From positions 20,937,018 through 21,001,017 of the forward strand of contig NC_081376.1 of assembly GCF_030684315.1 (NCBI RefSeq): a stretch of 64,000 nt of DNA. Direction: 5' to 3'. The notes below the pieces were generated by a model. The model searched no databases. It was not told the origin of the DNA and saw only the letters and a program-made list of their open reading frames with translations. The translations under genes were made by a program, and so were the position numbers. This DNA is from Stegostoma tigrinum (lineage: Eukaryota). Every line of letters starts with the position of its first letter. Position 1 is the first letter of the stretch. Shown in pieces: positions 12,778 to 22,830 of this stretch.

Positions 12778-13073
12778 TTTTGCCTTTGGTCATGGTGCAT
12801 AATGTTGCCAGGTTGAACAGTTTGCTGTCACTCTGCCTCCTGCAGGTGGTTAACTTCATTTGAATTAGCATAAGTGTGAATGTTAGAGTATATCATTATC
12901 ATTTGGGAACTTAGATTCTAAAGTAAAAGTAAATGAGATTTTGGTTTTAGTTCTGGGAAGGTGAAATTTTTTTATGCGCTCATGGTATCATTGCCATTTG
13001 TAGCTTGTCCCTAGTTAGCCTTGACCAGGTTACGAAACAAAAAACAAGAATGGCAGTTGCTGGGAAATCGTTG

Positions 13074-13170
13074 AACAAACAGAAATTGCTGGAAAAACTC
13101 AGCAGGTCTGGCAGCACCTGAGGAGAAAAAGCAGAGCTAATGCTTTGTGTCCAGTGAGCTTTCTTTCAGA
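13074..13170 (-). mobile_element. Penelope family C terminal-repeat fragment
   Basis: aaattgctggaaaaactcagcaggtctggcagca, shared with the end of the element at 16680-18900. Confidence 0.6.
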
Positions 13171-14439
13171 AGGTGCGCTTGAGAAGATGGTGGTGAACTG
13201 GCTTCTTGGACCACTGCAGTCCATGTGCTGTAGGTTGACCCACAATGCGTTACGGAGCAAATTTGGGGATTTTGACCCAGTTAAGTTCCATGACGGACCT
13301 TCACAGTAACCAAATGGCAAAAAATTTCAAAAAAAAGGGAATGGCCAAGCAAGGAGAGATAATTCAGCTCCCCACTTTTTCAACACCTCTTGGTCAGGCA
13401 GAATAAACAATTATTTTTCTTTTTAGCTGCAGTGAACATACTTCAAGTAAAACGTAGTACCAGTCAAAATTAAGGAGCCATTTACCCAGTTTTCATGAAT
13501 GAAATGAAGATGAATGCTATTACATAATAACCTAGAGAAAAATAATAAATTTGTGACGTAAGACACACACAATCGCAGGTGTAAAGTTTAAAAGGGGAGA
13601 GTGTACCAGGGACAGTAAGAGGACTTTTAATGTCCTCAGAGTGCTGGAGGTGTTAAATTTTAACCTGAGTCAACAGTTGTTTAATGGTTGCCTTGTATCC
13701 TTAGCAGTAGCAAAGTCTGAGGGGATTATTTAATTGTTCATAAATGGTTGGAGTAATCTTGTAGGGGTCTGAGTAATGTAGGCTTATGGCACAATTTGTG
13801 GCAGAATCAGACCCAAAGTCCAGTGAAGCTGATCATACTTCGGAAGCTTCTTGCTCTGTCTTTTATGATTTTCATAAGTAGCACAATTAGGTTTCCAGCT
13901 CAATAGTGGTGAGTTGACAATTGATCTCCTTGTTAAATGGCTTTTTGATAGCCCAACCCACCTCATTAATATTCAGCTTCCTTACTTACCAAACAAGATA
14001 GACATTGAGAAAATGCAGCATGGAAATCAGAGCAGATACCTGGTAAATTCAGCTCACCACTTCCTCTGCAGGATCTCCACACTGGACATCAAGCACCAAC
14101 ATCTCAGGCTACAGTATTTGGGCACTGGACACATACGCATCATGTCCACTGACATTGGCATCTGATAACGAGCCACCCTGTAAGAACCATCATGCTACAT
14201 CTCTGGCCAACTCACAAGAAACTTCTGCACTTCAATGCTGTATCTTGGGCTACTCTGGTAACTGTTATTGTAATGTAGCAGCAAGGACACACAGACTGGA
14301 CCAAGCTGCATCTCTGCATGCTTCATTCACAATCATAGTGCTTACTCATTCTGGGCCTACCTTGATGCTCACTGCATGTCTGACTTGCCTTGCCTTTTTG
14401 CACTTTTCCCCCTCAGCCAGAGATACCAATCTCACATTA

Positions 14440-14575
14440 CTAATGAACAAGGACCGCTGGATTCAAAATGTTAACTCGGATTTCTCTCCACAGACACTGC
14501 CAGACCTGCTGAGTTTCTCCAGCAATTTCCATTATTGTTTCAGGTTTCCAGCATCAAAAGTTCTTTGTTTTATGT
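14440..14575 (+). mobile_element. Penelope family C terminal-repeat fragment
   Basis: gttaactcggatttctctccacagacactgccagacctgctgagtttctccagcaattt. Confidence 0.6.
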
Positions 14576-15295
14576 TAGTTAACGAGCTGAGTTTGATAAG
14601 GTACCCTAATAGAGCCTGCTTGGCATTGCAGCAGAATTCCCTTCAAAAAACTTGACACAACTTAGGCTTTGCCAACAAAAAAACAAAATTCAGTCTGTGT
14701 TGTTTTTTGCTTTTTTCACTGAATGCTGTTTTTGACATAATGAGGAGAAATTAGAGAGAAAGAGATACTTAGGACTTTCAGTTACCAGTCAGTACTTCTT
14801 TCTGTCTGTTAAATGCTCTGCCAAACAGTTACTAAAATATGGTTCAGTTTTCTATTTCTGAGTCTGGCTCTTTTGTCATTTCAAGCTGGATATTTGCAGG
14901 CAGCCCTTTCATTTGCAATACATGCAACTTCTCACCCAAGTGTAAATTAACACAGGTGGTGTGAGTTTCTCAACACCTGACACAGTTCAACAGTTTGGAT
15001 GTCTTTAGCTGAAATGGTAATTTCATTTTAGATAATTTTATTTATTCTGCATTTGTGTTTATTCTGTGAACAACTAATTGTTGCAGCTAGTTTAGGTTAC
15101 TGTTTGTCTTTTTAAAACAATTTTAGTCTACAAAAGTTCTCAGGTATTAAAATCAGATGATGGAAGTTATAAACTGACAGTCAATATTTACCAATATCTT
15201 CACATTAAGGGAAGGGATTAGATGCAAGAAGAGACTACAAGTATCATCACATAACCAGCAGAATCCCAAAACAATCTATTGTATTTCTTCTCCAG

Positions 15296-15394
15296 CAGCT
15301 GCATCTGAAATAGATTGTACAATGAAACAGCCTACAGAGAGTAAGCAGCACCAAGAGGATATCAGCAATGCAAACAGCATCACCTTCTCAAAAG
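15296..15394 (+). CDS. SLC5A11: SLC5A11-like paralog A, loop exon (99 nt; alternative donor after 15340 gives 45 nt)
   Basis: tatttcttctccAG acceptor. Open phase 1-1 frame AAASEIDCTMKQPTESKQHQEDISNANSITFSK. Donors AGA/gtaagc (15341) and AAG/gtagac (15395). Loop sequence is not conserved, so support is splice signals, frame and similarity to neighbouring exons. Confidence 0.65.
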
Positions 15395-15486
15395 GTAGAC
15401 AATCCAGCAGGATTATTGATTTGGTGCACAATGCAACAGGATTGTAACTGAGACGTAATGCTGTCACCAATTCTGCTCTCTCCCAG

Positions 15487-15555
15487 ATCAACCAGACGAT
15501 GGTAAGGTTTATTTAGAGGAAGTCAGTAACATGAGCAATGCCAGCTTCTCAGTGG
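15487..15555 (+). CDS. SLC5A11: SLC5A11-like paralog A, loop exon (69 nt; alternative donor after 15501 gives a 15-nt microexon)
   Basis: ttctgctctctcccAG acceptor. Open phase 1-1 frame DQPDDGKVYLEEVSNMSNASFSV. Donors ATG/gtaagg (15502) and TGG/gtaagt (15556). Confidence 0.65.
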
Positions 15556-15843
15556 GTAAGTAACTTTATGTTTACATCTCTATAATAGCACACAGGGCAC
15601 CAGGATTGTAATTTCAACCCAAGACAAGGATAAATAATTGCAGTGGGGATCTTGTGCCTAAATCCCATGCTATTTTTGACATTTCATAAGTTAAAATCAA
15701 GGCAAGTAGTCTCATCAAGCAAATCAGGAAGGAAGAAACTGTTTCTTCAGTACTGACCCATTCCTAAATGATTTGATTTTATACTCAACGTGCTCTGGGA
15801 TATTCTGGATCATAACTTTTGACTCCTTCCCTCTCTCCCACAG

Positions 15844-16055
15844 ATGAATCAGTGAATAAACGTTCAAAGCTGATCTCCTTCCTGTTGTGGTTCTGTGGGA
15901 TGGATAATAAGAAAGAAACAGTTAATGCTCCTACAAGTGAAGTTTTGGACACTGCTGACTCGCTCAGTGAAGACCGTCACATGCGCAATTTTGTTAATGC
16001 TAATTTAATCATCTGTTTGAGTGCTGCTGTCTTCCTCTATGGTTTTTTCTCTTAA
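15844..16055 (+). CDS. SLC5A11: SLC5A11-like paralog A, terminal coding exon (TM14)
   Basis: ccttccctctctcccacAG acceptor, phase 1. Reads DESVNKRSKLISFLLWFCGMDNKK...SLSEDRHMRNFVNANLIICLSAAVFLYGFFS then TAA, matching the SMIT2 C-terminus (SK..K.ILWLCG...NLIFCVSCAIFIWGYFA). Confidence 0.95.
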
Positions 16056-16679
16056 AAGACTAACACAATCGTTTATAGTAAATTGAAAATTGTATAAATC
16101 TAGAAATAACCAGTGTAAAGATTACTCAGTGTCAAGATTTTATTTGGAAATACAAACTGGAAAATGGAATTTTGGAATCTCAATTATTTCCTCCTGTGAC
16201 TTGATGGAAAGGTGGAACTGTCTGGTTATTCTTTGGCTGGAACTGGATTTGCTGCATTTGTACAGGTACCAGGTGTCTTTGATAAAAACAATACCTGCTC
16301 AGCAACTTGATGTTGGTCCTGTTGTAAGTGGCAGTTTATAACAGCATTGAAATGAGAGAGGGTAGTTGGGTCTTAGATCGTCAAATCTGCCAGCAAGAGA
16401 AAATTACTTCCTCTCTGACTGACTGTGTGGGCAAAATAATAATACTCAAAGACATGACAGAAAGGAGAAAAAAAAAATCTCAAGACAAAACCTAGGTCCA
16501 ACTGATAGCTGCCAAATCGAAACTAGTGGCAGTTAACAAGCACATCATCACCGAATACCAAAAAGTGCAATAGTGATAAGGTCACTTCATTCCATTCCTT
16601 TTGGGCTGGACTCTGATCCACGGATTTTGTGCTTTTTTGCCTATATTTTCTACCTGCAAAATTCCAAAAAAGATGAAAT

Positions 16680-18900
16680 AATACAAAAGAAATGTGGATG
16701 CTAGAAATCAAACTCAAATGGAATTTGCTGGAAAAACAGCAGGCCTGGCAGCATCTGTAGAGCGAGATTAGAGTTAATGTTTGGGTCCAGTGATCCTTCT
16801 TCAGAACTGAGTAGCTAGGAGAAGGTTAGTTTTTTATGTTAAAGAAAGGGTGGGGACAGGGGTAAGCAGTAAATGGTAGATGGTGATGGAACCCAGGCAG
16901 AGCGAGAGAGAAAGAGTAAAAAACAGTTGGATGGACAAAGCAATTGGTAAAGATCAGCTTCGGAGAATGCATAGCTGCAAATGGAGACCATTAGTTTCTG
17001 ACAATAGGCTGTTCTTGCAGTTTGTGCTGAAATTCATTACAGCACAGCAGCAAGCCTCGGGCAGAGATGTTGGCCGGGGAACATGGTGCTGCATTGAAAT
17101 GGCAGGCTACCGGAAAGTTTCGGGCCATTTTTGTGGTCGAATGTTGTAGGTGTTCCGCACAGTGGTCGCCCAATCTGTGTTTCATCTCCCAGTGTGGAGT
17201 AGTGTGAGCAGTGAATGCAGCCAATTAGACTGAGTGAAGTGCGGGTACATCGCTGCTTCATCTGGAAGGTGTGGATGGGCCCTTGGATAGTGAGGATAGA
17301 GGAAAAAATGGCAGGTGTTGCACCTTCTGTAATTGCATGGGAAAATGGTGGGGGTTAGTGGGGTGGTCAGTGGATGGTATTGGGATAGAAGGAGGAGTAG
17401 ACCAGTGTCCTACAGCAAATGGTCCCTGTGGGAGGCTGACAAGGCAAAGGAGGGAGGTAGGTATCTGATGGTGAGATCCCACTGGAGGTGGTGTAAATGG
17501 TAGCTGATGATCCTTTAGAAATGGATGCTGTTGGGGAGCAAGGGCCGAGGTGCAGCAGATGGATTAGAATACGTTGGTGGGAAATCCTCAGCTGAGGAAG
17601 AAGGTGGACATTTCAGAGGCCCCTGGTCAAAATTGACATCAGACTAGATGCAACGGAGATGGAGGAACTTAAAGAATGGAATGGCGTCTTTACAGGAAGC
17701 AGGGTGTGAGGGCATGGTAGAAATTGGAAGCCAAACTGATAAACTTTTCCAATTCCAGATGAGAGAGGGAAGCAGCACTGATGATCTTATCAATGTATCA
17801 GATAAAGAGTTATGAGTGGGTGCCAGAGTAGGATTGGAACAAGGGATGTTCCATGTATCCTACAACGAGACAGGCATTACTGGGCCCCATGCAGGTACCT
17901 ATGGCCATCCCTTTGACCTGTGAAAGTAGGAGGAATTAAAAGAGAAGTTGCTCAGAGTGAGGACACGCTTGGGCAGGCAGAGGAGGATGGTGGTGGATGG
18001 GGATGGTTCAGGCATTTTTTCCTGGTAAAAGCGGAGAGGCCTGAGACCATCCTGAGGGGGGATGTAAAGGGATCGCACATCTATGGTGAAGAGGAGGTGG
18101 CTGGAGCCTGTGAACTAGAAATTATGAAACTGACATAAAGCATCAGAAGAGTTGCAAATATAAGTGGGAAGGGACTAGACAAGGGGAGAGAAAAAAAACT
18201 TGAGTCAAGGTAGGAAGAGATGAATTCTGTGGGGCAACAGCAGGCTGACACAATGAGTCTGCCCATGAAAGAGGTAGAAGCAAGCTGTGTGGGTTGGGGG
18301 TTATGAGCTTGAATGGCAGTGGAAGCGGGGGTGAGATCCCAGATGAAACGAGATTAGCGACCATTGTAGACACATGGCCTGGTGCTCCATGGTAGGGTCA
18401 TGGTCCAGGGGAAGTCAGGAGGAGGTATCTGACAGCTGGCACTCAGCCTCTGCAATGTAGAGGTCAGTACGTCAGACAACAACAGCATAAAATTAGGGTT
18501 GGATCTGACAGCATGGAGTGCAGTCAGTTCAGAGGGTGATGGTTTGAGTGAGTAAGTGGTGGGGGTGGGGGGTGGCAGTGGGGATGGTTTCAGAGAAATT
18601 GATTTTGACCAATGTCACTTGGACAATTATCGATGAACGGGGCTAGTGCAAGTACAGAGCCAGACGTGGGGGTCCAAGCGGAGGGAGAGTTTTGGACACG
18701 GGTGTTTTTGGTGGAAGAGAGCAGACGGATTTTTGACTGCAACTTGAATCAGTTGGCGAATGTACTCTATCAGCCTCTCAGGAAGAACAGCTCAGTGACA
18801 GAGCTGATTAAAGCAAACCCCAGAACACAAGGAGAACTGACATAGTCAGTGCTGCTGATCACTCGAGACACCAGTTAAACAATGGCCATCTCAGGTTAAA
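16680..18900 (-). mobile_element. Decayed Penelope-like element (family C): RT, GIY-YIG endonuclease and terminal repeat
   Basis: Minus-strand AIGTCMGP (RT) near 17885-17905. CIHCS..GE.K.RLGDH.AEH and PVACHFN at 17000-17260. Degenerate hammerhead at ~16775-16808. Confidence 0.85.
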
Positions 18901-19639
18901 ACATTCACATCTCATGGACATCCTAGAGGTTTTATATCATATATTCTGTTCATCTTCCTTTTGTATTCAACACAATCCTTTCATAATTTTGTACTTCTAT
19001 GCCCAGATGTTTGACATTTTACCTTTATTATTTTTCTCAGTGTTAACATAAGAAAACTGCTCCTTCTTTCACTCAACAAAATGTTAGAAGAGACATTCAG
19101 TTACCCCATTTTTATTTCAGAGGTATAGCTCATGCTAGAAGAGAGTTGTTAACATTGGTCGTGGCCAACTGAAGAGATTGAAAACAGAGGAGATAATTCG
19201 CTCCATCTCACCTTGCCATAAAAGTACTTTGAAGTGTGTTATTTTGAAAAAAAATTCTATTTACTCGTGTTTGTTGTCATGTGCTGATTTAAATATTGTG
19301 GTGTCGAGAAAATAAATCCTTTCTTTGTGTGTCGTGGTTTTAAATTTAATAGACAGTTGACGATTAGTGAAGTTTTTAATAAATTCACCTCATTACGCTC
19401 TTTTGCAAATACAAATGCCTTAAATGTCAACATGAATACAGCGCACAATAATTCTATGTGATACATCATCTAATGAATGAGGTAGTGAGAATTGGAAAGG
19501 CACCCCTGAAAATCAAAGAATATAGTCACTTGCACATGATACCAGGGTTAATCTGGAGATTGCTACTTTTAAAATCCTGCTGGCTAATTTTCTACTAGCC
19601 TCCTAAATTTGAATGTAGGATCACACCCCCCTTCTCTAT

Positions 19640-19830
19640 ACGGCGTTCATACCAAATGAATTGTGACAGCTGATTGTTCACCTTGCCCCTTTAAGGGGTT
19701 CTGCGACCACTCAGTGACATTCTTGACCCTAGCACCCAGGAGGCAACACACCATCCCAGCCTCATGTCCGCACCACAGAAATGCTCATCTCTTCCGAGAA
19801 CTATCCAATAACATAGTGCTACTGCTCTTC
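19640..19830 (-). mobile_element. CR1 ORF1 (SGNH esterase-like) fragment
   Basis: Minus frame reads VCCLLGARVKNVTEWSQNPLKGQGEQSAV, resembling the CR1 ORF1 motif VCCLPGARV.DV. Confidence 0.6.
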
Positions 19831-19945
19831 CAACGTTCCTGGTATACCCTGTAGGACTGAGCCACCCAGGGTGCTTTTGATTTGAGATAACACTGTAGAG
19901 CTGGATGAACACAGCAGGCCAAGCAGCATCAGAGGAGCAGGAAAT

Positions 19946-19979
19946 CTTGACGTTTCGGGTTGAGACCCTTCTTCAGAAA
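19946..19979 (-). ncRNA. Minimal hammerhead ribozyme motif in a ~100-bp Penelope family A fragment (19880-19980)
   Basis: Minus strand UUU-CUGAAGA-A-GGGU cuca ACCC-GAAACGUC-AAG, with an intact core. Confidence 0.65.
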
Positions 19980-20635
19980 TTTCTCATCATTATTCCAAAT
20001 TGAAAACCTGTTGGAGAGTGGAGTGCATTTAGAGTTCTCCTGTATTATCTGCCTGTTTCTCTTTGGCAGTAGCTAGCCATCTATTGTGTCTCTCTCTCTC
20101 CCTCCTTGACGCTATGCGATGATCTGATCTATAAATGCCTATCGGCGTGTTCTCAGCTTCATCGATTTTGTTTTTATTAATACCACATGCCATTCATTTT
20201 CTGAAAAGTGGAGTTCAAGCTGCTGTAACTGGTGACACATCCTGCAGAAATGATCAACTAGAACACAGGAAGGTGCCTTGAGATCCCAAGAGACAAAGCA
20301 TGTTCACTTTGGAGGTTGCATTGGCCTTGCAATTTCTTGATTTATTAGTTAACCTTGCTAGAGTACAACAAAGGCTTTACTGATACTATAATGACTTAGT
20401 GATTAATAAACCTTCTGAGGCTGATAAATCCTATTAATACCCTCATATTTTTACCAGTGGTAATAAACACTCATTAAAAATAAAACACAGGAATATGCAC
20501 CAGCTACTCAGTTGTTATTTATTATCAAGACTATGTCATTACTTTTAATCTGTCTATTCCATCAAAATAATGAGTTATTACAGCTAGAAAAGCCTGAACC
20601 ATGAAAAAATTATTATTAGTATATTACAGGTTTCA

Positions 20636-20930
20636 CAGATTAGATTCCCTTCAGTGTGGAAACAGGCCCTTTGGCCCAACAAGTCCACACCGCCCCTTGA
20701 AGCATTCGACCCAGACCCATCCCTCTAAAACCCACACACCCCTGAACACTATGGGCAATTTCCCATGGCCAATCCCCCTAACCTGCACATCATTGGACTG
20801 TGGGAGGAAACCCACACAGACACGGGGAGAACGTGCAAACTCCACACAGACAGTTACCCAAGGGTGGAATTGAACCCGGGTCCCTGGTGCTGTGAGGCTG
20901 CAGTGCTAACCACTGAGCCACTGTGCTGCC
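20636..20930 (-). mobile_element. HE1-type tRNA-derived SINE
   Basis: Minus strand starts ggcagcacagtggctcagtggttagcactgc (A box), has a ggttcaattcc B box, a V-SINE-like core and a HER1-like tail ggcctgtttccacactg. Confidence 0.9.
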
Positions 20931-21019
20931 TGAGAAGCAAAATACATACATCAATCACCTGTTTTCCTGTGATGTCAAACAGTGTTATCTTTGGACATGG
21001 TAGATCAGACCGATTAGAT

Positions 21020-22010
21020 ACTCTCACCTCCTCTCTGCACTCTCCCCTTCATGTTGCATACAGCCCTAAAGTGTCCCTGTGCTATCCGTCTGCTTCCTGT
21101 TCTCTCTCTTTCCACTCCCTGTCCTCGCTCCCTCTGCTCCCTCCCTGTCCTCCCTCTCTCTCTCCGCTCCCTGTCCTCTCTCCCTCTGCTCCCTGTTCTC
21201 TCTCTCTCCACTCACTGTCTTCTTTCTCTCTCCACTCCCCACCCTCCCTCTCTGCTCGCTTTCTTCTCTCTTTATCCATTCCCTGTCTTCTCTGTCTCCG
21301 CTCTCCGTACTGTCTCTCTGCACTCGCTTTTCTACCTCTGCTCCCTGTCCTCTCCCCCTCTGCTCCCTGTCCCCTCTCCCTCTGCTCCGTGTCCTCCTCC
21401 CTCTGCTCCCTGTCCTCTCCTTCTTCGCTCTCTGTTCTCTCTCTTTCCACTCCCCGTCCTCTTTCTCTGCTCCCTGCCTTTTCTCTCTCTTTGTTCCATG
21501 TTCGCTCTTTCTCCACTCCCTGTCCTCTCGGTCTCTCCGCTCCCCAGCCTCTCTCTCTCTGCTCTCTAGCCTCTCTCTCTCTGCTCCCTGTCTTCTCTCT
21601 TTAGCCGCTCCCTGTTCTTCCTATCCACTCCCTGTCTTCTCTCTTTATCCACTCCCTGTACACTCTCTGCTCTCGTCTTTCTCCCTCTGCTCCCTGTTCT
21701 CTTTCTCCGTTCCCTGTCCTCTCTCCCTGCTCCCAGTCCTCTCTCTGTCTCCACTGCCTGTCCTTTCCCTCTCTTTCCACTCCCCCTACTCTAACTCTCT
21801 GCTCTCTGTTCTGTTTCTCTCCATTCCCTGTACTCTCTCTGTTCCTTGTTCTCTCTCTGCTCCCTGTTCTATCTACACTTCCTGTCCTCTGCTTCTCTAC
21901 TTCCTGTCCTCTCCTTCTCTGCTCCCTGTCCTTTCTCTCTCTGCTCCCTGTCCTCTCTCTCTCTGCTCCCTGTCTTCTCTATGGTCTGACCCGTCTCTCT
22001 CCGCTCCTCA
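21020..22010. repeat. ~1-kb pyrimidine-rich degenerate tandem repeat
   Basis: The + strand is overwhelmingly C/T, with a recurring ctctgctccctgtcctctct-like unit. Confidence 0.95.
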
Positions 22011-22460
22011 AACTATCAGGCCCCTGAAAGAAGCGATGGATGTTTATCAGACAGGAAGCACTAGTATGCGGCAGTTCCAGGCAGCGAGTAATACCAGGAA
22101 TAGAAAAACAGATGAATGATACAAATGATACAAGTAGCCTTGCAGATAAAGGCAGCTGCTGTTACAAATATGAAAGGGAAACAGGTGACAGTTACAGATC
22201 TGGGAATACTGGAAGATGAGATGTGACAACAGGAAAGACATGACAGTTACAGGCAGTTATGAAGTGCCAAGTGTCTGTTCCAAACAGACAAAAGTTGACA
22301 GATAAAACGAGTAAATAAATGTAAAGCGAAGTACTACTGTAGGAGTATGAATTCTGCGCCACGTATGTCCATTTAAATAGGGTGATATCATCAATGCGTG
22401 ACCACTTCTGTGTGTCGGACAAATTACCCTGAAGACTGGTTTTAAAAAAAGCCTCATGTG

Positions 22461-22565
22461 ATTGGGAGATAGAATAGGATAACCTGAGCCAATCAGAGGT
22501 GGTGGAATGAATACCAACCAAACAAACAACAGGAGCCAGCAACCAGCAGCCAATCAGGTTTAAAC
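22461..22565 (+). promoter_or_regulatory. Candidate promoter of paralog B (three CCAAT boxes and a TATA-like TTTAAA)
   Basis: ATTGG at 22461-22465. CCAAT at 22489-22493 and 22550-22554, both in AGCCAATCAG context. TTTAAA at 22559-22564. Non-repetitive sequence upstream of a good donor at 22831. Confidence 0.45.
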
Positions 22566-22589
22566 AAAGGAGAAGAGCTCTGTCCAACT

Positions 22590-22830
22590 GTCATCAACTG
22601 CCATTCTTCAACTTGACCAACTTGGATGCAAATTCAAAAATCTGGCCACCTCGGAGGCAGCAACCTGAAGTCAAATCGTTTCTGTCTACATCCCAGAGCT
22701 GTTACAAAGGAAAAACTTCTAAGGATAGCATTGATAACATTTGTTAATAAACTGAAGCAGCAGAATATTTCCAAACTGGAAGGAAAAAGCATACAAAGTT
22801 GTTTAATCATTCATCCAACGGCTCTATAAG
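22590..22830 (+). other. Candidate non-coding first exon of paralog B (start approximate)
   Basis: AAG/gtaatg donor at 22831. The ATG exon at 25006 begins with a T-rich tract and AG acceptor, implying an upstream exon. Confidence 0.4.

Noticed and set aside
12342-13446. Candidate 19-nt (12342-12360) and 20-nt (13427-13446) microexons, also 17 nt at 15127-15143
   Set aside because: Each shifts the frame alone and only arbitrary pairs restore it. Such AG..GT matches are expected by chance without transcript data.
16056-16680. Polyadenylation signal of paralog A
   Set aside because: No canonical AATAAA was seen before the Penelope insertion, only weak variants (TATAAA, GATAAA).
20860-20930. 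tRNA gene
   Set aside because: The A and B boxes belong to the head of an HE1-type SINE repeated at 52220-52293 and 57890-57963.
20765-22119. Long ORFs of 279, 172 and 346 aa
   Set aside because: Artefacts of an A-poor CT repeat that cannot form stop codons, partly fused to a SINE.
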